Made by a program: the position numbers and the translations under genes. Under the pieces are notes generated by a model. That model saw only the letters and a list, made by a program, of their open reading frames with translations, made no database searches and was not told the origin of the DNA. Shown in pieces: positions 47,180 to 56,980 of a stretch of 64,000 nucleotides of DNA; positions within the stretch are counted from its first letter, which is position 1, and each line of letters opens with the position of its first letter. Source of the DNA: Trypanosoma brucei (taxonomy: Eukaryota); the NCBI GenBank assembly GCA_000002445.1, contig CP000067.1:800001-864000 (forward strand). Direction: 5' to 3'.

Positions 47180-48109
47180 TTATACTGAAGACGCCATAAG
47201 ACTACTGAAAAGGGAATGGAGTTTGTCAGAGAGGGTGTCAATTCTGGAAGCACGTTCCGACAGCTTAGAAAGCATGACTTCAATTTCTGAGGATACATCA
47301 TTTATTTCTTTGAGGTGAGGAAGAAAAGACTTGAAAACTCTTGTTACGTTCACATCTTCTACCAGGCCGTATCTATTCGCAAGGACCTTGTCCCTACCCA
47401 AATTACCCCTTATTCCCCTGTGTTTGAAGATGTGTCCATGGGAAGTGGACACCGAATCAACTCTGTCAGCCAGTTTTCTTCCTCCAGTGCTATACGCCGT
47501 TCCATTGTGAAACCTCAAGTCGACGTGCTCGTCCCTGCTGCTGTCAAATTCGGTAATTATATCAGAAACGTCCCTTCCAGTTAAGGTTCCATCACACGTG
47601 ACTTGTATCCCATTATTCCTACAAAAGCCATGTGAATTATTCAGCATGCGCACTGCCTCCGATCCAACTCTGTACATCTCCTCCATTGTGGCTGCATACC
47701 TGGTTCCGGTTCTTACAACATCCATTGCCTTTTCCTCCATATAAGAAACACTAAGATCGAATTTCTTCCGTAAGTAGCTTTCACCTTCGAAAACACTCTC
47801 CATCTCATTTAATATTTCCTTCATTTTATCACCCTTCTCTTTTTTCATAAATGGTTTTCCGCGTAGGAATAATTCTCTCCACGCTGCATTCTGTTCTTCT
47901 GCCGAATACCTCTTCTCATACACCTCCTCTGCATGTACTCTAGTTCTTAAAAGTAGATCCTCCGTCACATTAATCATCCAATTAAGCTTCTTCACGACAC
48001 AGTCAATTTGTTTAAGGGTTGAGAGTGCTTCTTTATCAGTCTCCTGCATTCGAGAATCCACCAAGACAACAGAAATTGCAGCAAACACTACCGGAACTAT
48101 CCTCACCAT
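47180..48109 (-). CDS. array unit 1, 'A'-type secreted protein: signal peptide, ~310 aa, several N-glycosylation sequons, no C-terminal hydrophobic/GPI-type tail. The ORF opens at 48187.
   Basis: Paralog of 49729-50658, 52260-53204 and 54814-55740. Shares 'IDCVVKKLNWMINVTEDLLLRTRVHAEEVYEKRYSAEE'. Confidence 0.7.
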   Translation of the reverse strand: MVRIVPVVFAAISVVLVDSRMQETDKEALSTLKQIDCVVKKLNWMINVTEDLLLRTRVHAEEVYEKRYSAEEQNAAWRELFLRGKPFMKKEKGDKMKEILNEMESVFEGESYLRKKFDLSVSYMEEKAMDVVRTGTRYAATMEEMYRVGSEAVRMLNNSHGFCRNNGIQVTCDGTLTGRDVSDIITEFDSSRDEHVDLRFHNGTAYSTGGRKLADRVDSVSTSHGHIFKHRGIRGNLGRDKVLANRYGLVEDVNVTRVFKSFLPHLKEINDVSSEIEVMLSKLSERASRIDTLSDKLHSLFSSLMASSV

Positions 48110-48254
48110 CCCAAGCACTTGTACCACGTAAAAGAGAACTACAGAAAAATACACGTTCTTTAAGAGAAGCACCACACACACACACACGCTAGTAGCGTGA
48201 AACTTACAATTGTAAAAATATTTTAGAAAATTACTAACATTTCCCCACCTATTT

Positions 48255-49373
48255 CTAAAACGGTACCAAGACGCACAAAAGCAACGCTACCCATGGTAGA
48301 GTTTGTTGAAACTTCACCACACCATTATTATCTTCACTATAATTATCATTCCATGGAGAATCCTTCGCGTTTCCTAATGTTTCCGTAAGTTCATTGGTCC
48401 TTTCCTTCATTTTAACAATACTTCTGACTTTTTCTTCAAGTTCCAGAAGCAACCTATCGAGTACAGCTCGTTGAGCTGTGATGGAGGTGTTTCCTGCAGA
48501 TATCTTTATGACGCTGGCACTCAGCAGATCGATTAGTTCCTGAAATTCTTCTCCAATAGAACTGAAGTTTGCCATAAGTCTGTCATTCTGTGTGTAAAAG
48601 AGGCCACCAGAAAGTTCATTGATAAAGGGCTTCTTCCCTTTTGTGTACGGCTGGTATGTCGTCGTGATATAGCATCCATAAACAGCATCGGCACCTTGAT
48701 CTCCTGCATTTCCCATAGTCAAACTGAGTTCTGTATTAAGAGGATTTTCATACTCAGCAAGGCCACCCTCGCTGTGCTGTGGTGGCTCAACTGTGCAGTC
48801 TCTGGGAACACTGCCGCGTTTACCACCTCTTATGCAATCGCCAGTTGCCCCTCCATCCACCACAAGACAGCAATTTCCATATCCTAGTGCTGCATGGTGG
48901 AAAACTTCCACCATATCCTTAATCCAGTACGCGTACGAGTCAGACATATTCAGAAGGTTCCACGATGGCAACCTCATAGCCCGCAGTGAAGTATTCATGT
49001 TTTTAATGCTTTTTTTTAACTCCAATAGTGACTCTTCCGTTTCAATCAACAACTTTGCCACCTCATTCACTCTTTTACCTCCATCTGGAATTACTTCTTT
49101 CAGAACATCCACTAAAATTGTTTTTGTTCGAACACGTGCACTGTAGTGAGCTACAATTTTTTCACAGTCTTCCACTATTTTCTCCCCGAATTTCATATTA
49201 TGTGTCACATTGTTCCTCAGTTCCCTCAGCTTCCTAACTATACTACAGATGGCATTTGCATCACTTTGTGTCAGTGCCTTGCCCTTACCCTTTTCATCAC
49301 CCTCCGGTCCACTGTTAGCACATGCCACCACCAGAAAACTAAACATAATCACCACTCCTCCAACTGAAATCAT
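48255..49373 (-). CDS. array unit 1, 'B'-type surface glycoprotein: signal peptide 'MISVGGVVIMFSFLVVACA', ~375 aa, C-terminal hydrophobic GPI-type tail 'WVALLLCVLVPF'. The ORF opens at 49439.
   Basis: Paralog of the B copies at 50780, 53338 and 55871. Cys pairs such as 'CCLVVDGGATGDC' and many NxS/T sequons. Confidence 0.7.
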   Translation of the reverse strand: MISVGGVVIMFSFLVVACANSGPEGDEKGKGKALTQSDANAICSIVRKLRELRNNVTHNMKFGEKIVEDCEKIVAHYSARVRTKTILVDVLKEVIPDGGKRVNEVAKLLIETEESLLELKKSIKNMNTSLRAMRLPSWNLLNMSDSYAYWIKDMVEVFHHAALGYGNCCLVVDGGATGDCIRGGKRGSVPRDCTVEPPQHSEGGLAEYENPLNTELSLTMGNAGDQGADAVYGCYITTTYQPYTKGKKPFINELSGGLFYTQNDRLMANFSSIGEEFQELIDLLSASVIKISAGNTSITAQRAVLDRLLLELEEKVRSIVKMKERTNELTETLGNAKDSPWNDNYSEDNNGVVKFQQTLPWVALLLCVLVPF

Positions 49374-49728
49374 ATTATCACCTTCATACACAAAACAAGC
49401 AAAAAGGAGCTTTGAAAGCATGTGCTTCTTATTCCCCATATCATACTGTTATTCAAGTAAAGACAAATCTTCGCTGACACATTATCAAGGCACCCAAAAA
49501 CATGATATCGCAATGCGACCACACGTAGTCGGCCAGAAGCAGCAATAGCATATAAACACACATTCATATTTGCACATGCACATTCATTTCATGGTTATTG
49601 GACGGTTATTTTATGGTTATTTGCAAGAGGAGGGTGCAGTGAGAGTGTTAATACTGCTGACAGTTGTTGAGGCACAGGGTGTAAAAAGAGAAGGTGAGCG
49701 AAAGAGGCGTGTGTTCTCTTTTTCATTT

Positions 49729-50658
49729 TTAAGCTGTGGATATGGTGATGCTGCTGAAGATTGACTGGAGTTCCTTTTCGAGAGCGTCGATTCTGGAAGT
49801 TTGTTCCAACAGCTTGGAAGGCGTGGCTTCAATTTCGGAGATGATGTCGTTGATTTCTCTTAGAGGTGTGACAAACAACTTGAGAAGCTCTGATGCATTC
49901 ACCTTTTCTACCGAGCGAAGTTTATTCGTTTGGACGTTGTCTTTACCCAAATTGTTCCTTATTCCTCTGTGCTTGAGGACGAGCCCAAGGGAGGTGGACG
50001 CCGTATTGACTTTATCGGCCAATTTGTTTCCCCCATGGCTCTGAAACCCTCCACCGGTAAATGACAAGTCCATATAATCAGCGTCGCTGTCGAAATCGCC
50101 AACAATACCGGAAATATCTTTCCCAACAAAAGTTGTCCCGCACTTGACGTATGCACCATTATCCCCACAATAGCCATGCGACTTATTTACAATACATACT
50201 GCCTCTAATCCAACTCTGTACATCTCCACCATTGTGGCTGCATACCTGGTTCCGGTTCTTACAACATCCATCACCTTTTCCTCCAGATAAGAAACATTAA
50301 GGTTAAATTTCTTCCGTAAGTAGCTTTCACCTTCGAAAACACTCTCCATCTCATTTAATATTTCCTTCATTTTATCACCCTTCTGTTTTTTCATAAATGG
50401 TTTTACGTACACGAATAATCGTTCCCAGGCTGCGTATCTTTCCTCCGCCGAATACCTCTTCTCATACACCTCCTCTGCATGCACTCTAGTTCTTAAAAGT
50501 AGATCCTCCGTCACATTAATCATCCAATTAAGTTTCTTCACGACACAGTCAATTTGGTTAAGAGTTGTCAGTGACTCGTCGTTGTCCGCTTCTGGTGACA
50601 TGTTCTCTGCCAACACAACCCAAACTACAAAAAGCATCACTAGAAGTATCCTTATCAT
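49729..50658 (-). CDS. array unit 2, 'A'-type secreted protein (no GPI-type tail)
   Basis: Paralog of the A family. Signal peptide 'ILLVMLFVVWVVLA'. Confidence 0.7.
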   Translation of the reverse strand: MIRILLVMLFVVWVVLAENMSPEADNDESLTTLNQIDCVVKKLNWMINVTEDLLLRTRVHAEEVYEKRYSAEERYAAWERLFVYVKPFMKKQKGDKMKEILNEMESVFEGESYLRKKFNLNVSYLEEKVMDVVRTGTRYAATMVEMYRVGLEAVCIVNKSHGYCGDNGAYVKCGTTFVGKDISGIVGDFDSDADYMDLSFTGGGFQSHGGNKLADKVNTASTSLGLVLKHRGIRNNLGKDNVQTNKLRSVEKVNASELLKLFVTPLREINDIISEIEATPSKLLEQTSRIDALEKELQSIFSSITISTA

Positions 50659-50779
50659 CCTATAAACTTATTCCACACAAAATCGAACTACAGAAAATAA
50701 TGCCCCTTTCCGGAAAGAGACCACACCGCTAGTAACATGAAGCTGTTATTAAAAATATTTTATAAAATTACTCACTTTC

Positions 50780-51904
50780 TCAACTATTTCCAAATACAAA
50801 TGGGAGAAGAAGCAGAGCCACTCCTAGCAGAGTTTGCTGAACCCTTGCTACACTGTCACTCTCATTACTCTCTTTATCATTCCAATGAATATGTTTCACT
50901 ATTCCTAGTGTTTCTGTAAGTTCATTGGTTGTTTCCTTTTTTTCCAGAATATATCTGACTCTTTCTTCAAGTTCCAGAAGCAACCTATCGAGTACAGCTC
51001 GTTGAGCTGTGATGGAGGTGTTTCCTGCAGATATCTTTATGACGCTGGCACTCAGCAGATCGATTAGTTCCTGAAATTCTTCTCCAATAGAACTGAAGTT
51101 GGCAACGACGTTGTTATTCTGTGTGTAAAAGAGTCCTCCTGAAAGTTCATAAATGAGAGATTTCCTCCCCGAAGTGTAAGACTGATGTGTCGTCGTGATA
51201 TAGCAGCCATACTCCGAGTAGTTTCTGTAGTTTCCTGCATTTCCCATCGTTAAAGTGAGTCCTTCATCAAGAGGGTTTTTGTACTCAGCAAGGCTACCCT
51301 CGCTGCGCTGTAGCGGCTCAACTATGCAGTCTCTGGGAACACTGCCGCGTTTACCGTTCTTCATGCAATCGCCCGTTGCCCCTCCATCCACCACAAGACA
51401 ACAACTTAGAGTGCTAAGTGCCGCGTGGGCAAAACTCTCCACCGTGTCCTTAATCCAGTACGCGTACGAGTCAGACATATTCAGAAGGTTCCACGATGGC
51501 AACCTCATATATCCAAGCGACGAATGCATTTGCGCAACTAAATTTCTTAATTCATCTTTCAGTACTTTCATATCGCTCAAAAGCTTTATTATTTCAGTTA
51601 AAATTTCATCTTCTTCCGGAATTACTTCTTTCAAAACATCCACTAAAATTGTTTTTGTTTGAACACGTGCACTGTAGTGAGCTACAATTTTTTCACAGTC
51701 TTCCACTATTTTCTCCCCGAATTTCATATTATGTGTCACATTGTTCCTCAGTTCCCTCAGCTTCCTAACTATACTACAGATGGCATTTGCATCACTTTGT
51801 GTCAGTGCCTTGCCCTTACCCTTTTCATCACCCTCCGGTCCACTGTTAGCACATGCCACCACCAGAAAACTAAACATAATCACCACTCCTCCAACTGAAA
51901 TCAT
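50780..51904 (-). CDS. array unit 2, 'B'-type GPI-type surface glycoprotein. The ORF opens at 51970.
   Basis: Its N-terminal 100 aa are identical to B1 and B3. The C-terminal hydrophobic tail is 'LLGVALLLLPFVF'. Confidence 0.7.
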   Translation of the reverse strand: MISVGGVVIMFSFLVVACANSGPEGDEKGKGKALTQSDANAICSIVRKLRELRNNVTHNMKFGEKIVEDCEKIVAHYSARVQTKTILVDVLKEVIPEEDEILTEIIKLLSDMKVLKDELRNLVAQMHSSLGYMRLPSWNLLNMSDSYAYWIKDTVESFAHAALSTLSCCLVVDGGATGDCMKNGKRGSVPRDCIVEPLQRSEGSLAEYKNPLDEGLTLTMGNAGNYRNYSEYGCYITTTHQSYTSGRKSLIYELSGGLFYTQNNNVVANFSSIGEEFQELIDLLSASVIKISAGNTSITAQRAVLDRLLLELEERVRYILEKKETTNELTETLGIVKHIHWNDKESNESDSVARVQQTLLGVALLLLPFVFGNS

Positions 51905-52259
51905 ATTATCACCTTCATACACAAAACAAGCAAAAAGGAGCTTTGAAAGCATGTGCTTCTTATTCCCCATATCATACTGTTATTCAAGTAAAGACAAATC
52001 TTCGCTGACACATTATCAAGGCACCCAAAAACATGATATCGCAATGCGACCACACGTAGTCGGCCAGAAGCAGCAATAGCATATAAACACACATTCATAT
52101 TTGCACATGCATATTCATTTCGTGGTTATTGGACGGTTATTTTATGGTTATTTGCAAGAGGAGGGTGCAGTGAAAGTGTTAATACTGCTGACAGTTGTTG
52201 AGGCACAGGGTGTAAAAAGAGAAGGTGAGCGAAAGAGGCGTGTGTTCTCTTTTTCATTT

Positions 52260-53204
52260 TTAAGCTGTGGATATGGTGATGCTGCTGAAGATTGACTGGA
52301 GTTCCTTTTCGAGAGCGTCGATTCTGGAAGTTTGTTCCAACAGCTTGGAAGGTGTGGCTTCAATTTCGGAGATGATGTCGTTGATTTCTCTTAGAGGTGT
52401 AATAAAGGACTTGAATATCCTTGGTGAGTGAACAAACTCTACCAAGCCGTTTCCATTCGTGATGACCTTGGATTTACCCAAGTTACTTCTTATTCCTCTG
52501 TGCTTGATGATGTGCCCATAAGAGGTGGACGCCGCATTAACTTTATCGGCCAACTTGCTGCCTCCGTGTCCGCTCTGCGCTACTTTCTGTGTTTTCCTGT
52601 TTTGGAATGACAAGTCGATGTGTTCAGAGCTGTTTTCCAACACTCTAACGACGTCAGAAATGTCTTTCCCAACAAAAGTTGTCCCGCACTTGACGTATGC
52701 ACCATTATCCCCACAATAGCCATGCGACTTATTTACAATACATACTGCCTCTAATCCAACTCTGTACATCTCCACCATTGTGGCTGCATACCTGGTTCCG
52801 GTTCTTACAACATCCATCACCTTTTCCTCCAGATAAGAAACATTAAGGTTAAATTTCTTCCGTAAGTAGCTTTCACCTTCGAAAACACTCTCCATCTCAT
52901 TTAATATTTCCTTCATTTTATCACCCTTCTCTTTTCTCACAAAGTTTTTTACGTATACGTATAATTCTTTCCATGTTGTGAACCTTTCCTCTAGTGAATA
53001 CTTTTTCCCATACACCTCCTCTGCATGCACTCTAGTTCTTAAAAGTAGATCCTCCGTCACATTAATCATCCAATTAAGTTTCTTCACGACACAGTCGATT
53101 CTTTTTAGAGTAAAGCATGGTTCTCTATAACTCACCTGTGTTCTTCCAGCATATGGCAACACAAAGAAAACGACGGTAACGGTCACTTGACTTATCTTAA
53201 TCAT
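52260..53204 (-). CDS. array unit 3, 'A'-type secreted protein
   Basis: The central block and C-terminus are identical to A2. Confidence 0.7.
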   Translation of the reverse strand: MIKISQVTVTVVFFVLPYAGRTQVSYREPCFTLKRIDCVVKKLNWMINVTEDLLLRTRVHAEEVYGKKYSLEERFTTWKELYVYVKNFVRKEKGDKMKEILNEMESVFEGESYLRKKFNLNVSYLEEKVMDVVRTGTRYAATMVEMYRVGLEAVCIVNKSHGYCGDNGAYVKCGTTFVGKDISDVVRVLENSSEHIDLSFQNRKTQKVAQSGHGGSKLADKVNAASTSYGHIIKHRGIRSNLGKSKVITNGNGLVEFVHSPRIFKSFITPLREINDIISEIEATPSKLLEQTSRIDALEKELQSIFSSITISTA

Positions 53205-53337
53205 TCCACACTCTTACTTCAGGAAAAACTAAGCCAGTTCGAAGAGCGTACCTTTTTTGGAAGGGCACATCGCTTACACGCTAGTAGTAATAAGCTGTCA
53301 ATTGCACAAATATTTTAGAAAATTACACACTTTCCAC

Positions 53338-54459
53338 CTATTTCCAAAATACAGAAAAGACGAAAAGAAGCAGAGCCACTTCTGATAGATTTGGTTTCTT
53401 GCTCATACCATCACTCTCATAACTCTCATTATCATACCAGGAAACATCTTCTATGCTTCCTAATCTTTTCGTAACATCCATGACTCTCTTTTTCCTTTTA
53501 AGGATATCTCCAACTTCTTCCTCAAACCTCAGTAACAAGCTGTGGAGTATAGTTCGTTGACCTGTGATAGATGTGTTCCACGTGAAAATGTCGCTGATAC
53601 TAGTGTTCAGTTGATCGATTAGTTCCTGAAATTCTTTTCCAACAGAACTGAAGTTGGCAACGACGTTGTTATTCTGTGTGTAAAAGAGTCCTCCTGAAAG
53701 TTCATTTATAAAGGATTTCTTTGTATTAAAGCCACCTGCGGTGCTTGTGATGTAGCAACCGTAACTATTTGGGGTTTTACCGTAGTTTCCTGAATTTCCC
53801 ATAGTCAAACTGAGTTCTGTATTAAGAGGATTTTCATACTCAGCAAGGCTACCCTCGCTGTGCTGTGGTGGCTCAACTATGCAGTCTCTGGGAACTATTC
53901 CTCGTTTTCGGTCAAAGGGACAATCTTCCATTGACCCTCCATCTACCACAAGACAGCAACTCCCGGGGCTAAACGCTGCATAGTGAAAAAAATCCACCAT
54001 ATCCTTAATCCAGTACGCATATGAGTCCGATATATTTACAAGGTTCCACGATGGCAACCTCATAGCCCGCAGTGAAGCATTCATGCTCGTAATTGTCTTC
54101 CCTAATCCATCCCTCAGTTCCCCCATCTTCTCCAGGATTCTTTCCATCCCACTGAAACTTGACTTTTCTTCTGCCATTACTTTCTCCAACACGCTCACCA
54201 GCATTTTCTTAGACATAACTTTCGCGCCGTAGTAACTTTTCACGTCTTCAGCCTCGTCCACTATTTTCTCCCCGAATTTCATATTATGTGTCACATTGTT
54301 CCTCAGCTCCCTCAGCTTCCTAACTATACTACAGATGGCATTTGCATCACTTTGTGTCAGTGCCTTGCCCTTACCCTTTTCATCACCCTCCGGTCCACTG
54401 TTAGCACATGCCACCACCAGAAAACTAAACATAATCACCACTCCTCCAACTGAAATCAT
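53338..54459 (-). CDS. array unit 3, 'B'-type GPI-type surface glycoprotein. The ORF opens at 54525.
   Basis: Paralog of the B family. C-terminal tail 'VALLLFVFSVFW'. Confidence 0.7.
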   Translation of the reverse strand: MISVGGVVIMFSFLVVACANSGPEGDEKGKGKALTQSDANAICSIVRKLRELRNNVTHNMKFGEKIVDEAEDVKSYYGAKVMSKKMLVSVLEKVMAEEKSSFSGMERILEKMGELRDGLGKTITSMNASLRAMRLPSWNLVNISDSYAYWIKDMVDFFHYAAFSPGSCCLVVDGGSMEDCPFDRKRGIVPRDCIVEPPQHSEGSLAEYENPLNTELSLTMGNSGNYGKTPNSYGCYITSTAGGFNTKKSFINELSGGLFYTQNNNVVANFSSVGKEFQELIDQLNTSISDIFTWNTSITGQRTILHSLLLRFEEEVGDILKRKKRVMDVTKRLGSIEDVSWYDNESYESDGMSKKPNLSEVALLLFVFSVFWK

Positions 54460-54813
54460 ATTATCACCTTCATACACAAAACAAGCAAAAAGGAGCTTTG
54501 AAAGCATGTGCTTCTTATTCCCCATATCATACTGTTATTCAAGTAAAGACAAATCTTCGCTGACACATTATCAAGGCACCCAAAAACATGATATCGCAAT
54601 GCGACCACACGTAGTCGGCCAGAAGCAGCAATAGCATATAAACACACATTCATATTTGCACATGCATATTCATTTCATGGTTATTGGACGGTTATTTTAT
54701 GGTTATTTGCAAGAGGAGGGTGCAGTGAAAGTGTTAATACTGCTGATGCTTGTAATTAACATTGGCTCAAAAGGAATTATGTTCACGCATTTTTTTTATT
54801 ATACTGAAGACGC

Positions 54814-55740
54814 TCAAAGGCTGTTAAAGAGGGATTCAAGTTTCTTTTCGAGAATAGAAAACTTGTGAACACGTTCCGACAGCTTGGAAGGTGTGGCTTC
54901 AACTTCGGAGGTGAGATTACCGACTTCCCTTAGATGTGTGACAAACAACTTGAGAAGCTTCGCTGCACTCACGTGTTCTACCAAGTCGCGTTCATCCATG
55001 AGAACTCTGGCCTTTCCCAAACTATTACCTATTCCTCTGTGCTTGATGACACGTCCAAACGTGGTCGATACATTATGAACTCTATCAGCCAGCTTGTTTC
55101 CCCCTTTACTCCAGTGACCTCCGTTCTCAAACCTTAGATCTATATTTTCTTCAGTGCCGCTACCAAATTCAGCAACGATAATAGATAAATTTCCCCCAGA
55201 GAAGGCTCTCTCGCATGTAACATTGGCTTCATAAATTTCACAACTTTTTGGTACTTCTTTTCCAGAACGCACAGCTTCCAATCCAACTCTGTACATCTCC
55301 TCCATTGTGGCTGAATACCTGATACCGACTCTTACAATAGTCATCATTTTTTTTTCAAAGTAAGAAACATTAAGGTTAAAGTTTTTCTGCAAGTAGCTTT
55401 CAGTTTCAACGATTCTCTCCATCTCATTTAATATTTCCTTCATTTTATCACCCTTCTGTTTTTTCATAAATGGTTTTACGTACACGAATAATCGTTCCCA
55501 GGCTGCGTATCTTTCCTCCAGCAAATACTTCTTTTTATATACCTTTTCTGCATGCACTCTAGCTCTTAAAAGTAGATCCTCCGTCACATTAATCATCCAA
55601 TTAAGCTTCTTCACGACACAGTCAATTTGCTTAAGAGTTGAGAGAGATTCATCTCCGTGTGTTGTTTCCGCTATAACCCCCCAAAAAACAACTAGAACAA
55701 CTAAAGTGACAGCAAACACCACCTGAATCATCCTCATCAT
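54814..55740 (-). CDS. array unit 4, 'A'-type secreted protein
   Basis: Paralog of the A family. Shares 'ERYAAWERLFVYVKPFMKKQKGDKMKEILNEME' with A2. Confidence 0.7.
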   Translation of the reverse strand: MMRMIQVVFAVTLVVLVVFWGVIAETTHGDESLSTLKQIDCVVKKLNWMINVTEDLLLRARVHAEKVYKKKYLLEERYAAWERLFVYVKPFMKKQKGDKMKEILNEMERIVETESYLQKNFNLNVSYFEKKMMTIVRVGIRYSATMEEMYRVGLEAVRSGKEVPKSCEIYEANVTCERAFSGGNLSIIVAEFGSGTEENIDLRFENGGHWSKGGNKLADRVHNVSTTFGRVIKHRGIGNSLGKARVLMDERDLVEHVSAAKLLKLFVTHLREVGNLTSEVEATPSKLSERVHKFSILEKKLESLFNSL

Positions 55741-55870
55741 ATGTACCTATTCCACGAAAAGCGAATCACAGGAAAACGTGTAGCCTTTAGTAAGGGTACA
55801 ACACACGCGGTAGTAGAACATAATTGTCGTCTGTATAAATATTTTAGATCACTTACTTCTCCACATACTT

Positions 55871-56980
55871 TTAGAAGAATACCAGGAAGAATAGAAACAG
55901 ACTCACCCCTCGGAGGGTTGGTTGCGTCCCCATACCATCGCTATTCCCACTCTCGTTACCAAACCATGGAATGTTCTTCGTGCTACCTAATGCTTCCGTA
56001 ATTGCTTTGTTCTTTTCTTTCTCAAGGACATGTCTGATTTCTTTCTTCAGCTTAAGTAGCAAACCATCGAGTACAGCTCGTTGTCTTGTAATTGATGTGT
56101 TCCACGCGGAAAAATTGTTTGTGACTCTTCTTAGCGGATCGATTAGCTCCTGAAATTCCTTTCCAACAAAAGTGAAGTTGGCCATAAGTCTGTTATTCTG
56201 TGTGTAAAAGAGGCCACCAGAAAGTTCATAAATGAGAGATTTTTTCCCCCTGCTGTAAGTGTCATTTGTTGTTGTGATGAAGCAGCCACATAGCGGGTAT
56301 TCGCCTTCGTCCCCTGCATTTCCCATCGTTAAAGTGAGTCCTTCATCAAGAGGGTTTTTGTACTCAGCAAGGCCACCCTCGCTGCGCTGTGGCGGGTAAA
56401 TAGTGCAATCCGTGGGGACACTGCCGCGTTTACCACCTCTTATGCAATCTCCCGTTGCCCCTCCATCCACCACAAGACAACAATTCCCGCTTCCGAATGC
56501 TGTCTGGGCAAAGAGTTCTACCATATCTTTCACCCAGTACGCATACGAGTCAGACATATTTGTGAGGTTCCACATTTGCACACTCATGCACCCGAGTGAA
56601 GCGTTCACATTCGTAATACTTCTTTTCAACACCTGGATCGGCTCCTCCATATCACTCAGCAGCTTTCCCATCACGCTCAACTTTTCTCCTTCTTCAGGAA
56701 TTAGTTTTCCCAAAACCTTCACTAACATTTTCTTTGCTTCAACACGTGTGCTGTAGTAAGTAGCAACGTTTTCGCCATTGTCCACGATTTTTTCACCCAA
56801 TTTCATATTACGCGTCACGTTATTTGCCAACTCCCTCAACTGTTTGACCACATTGCAAATGGCATCTGCATCACTTTGCGTCAGCGCCTTGCCCTTACCC
56901 TCGATGTCACCCTCCGCTTGACCGTAAGCACATACCACCACTAAACAAGCCACAACCATTCCCCTTTTGAGTGGCATCAT
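55871..56980 (-). CDS. array unit 4, 'B'-type GPI-type surface glycoprotein, the most diverged B copy. The ORF opens at 57019.
   Basis: Signal peptide 'MMPLKRGMVVACLVVVCAYGQA' and C-terminal tail 'LRGVSLFLFFLVFF'. Confidence 0.7.
   Translation of the reverse strand: MMPLKRGMVVACLVVVCAYGQAEGDIEGKGKALTQSDADAICNVVKQLRELANNVTRNMKLGEKIVDNGENVATYYSTRVEAKKMLVKVLGKLIPEEGEKLSVMGKLLSDMEEPIQVLKRSITNVNASLGCMSVQMWNLTNMSDSYAYWVKDMVELFAQTAFGSGNCCLVVDGGATGDCIRGGKRGSVPTDCTIYPPQRSEGGLAEYKNPLDEGLTLTMGNAGDEGEYPLCGCFITTTNDTYSRGKKSLIYELSGGLFYTQNNRLMANFTFVGKEFQELIDPLRRVTNNFSAWNTSITRQRAVLDGLLLKLKKEIRHVLEKEKNKAITEALGSTKNIPWFGNESGNSDGMGTQPTLRGVSLFLFFLVFF

Noticed and set aside
49210-49548. A 112-aa plus-strand ORF repeated identically three times (also 51741-52079 and 54296-54634)
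   Set aside because: It is antisense to the B-gene N-termini and the spacer. Its identity across copies reflects the homogenised B 5' module and is not an independent gene.
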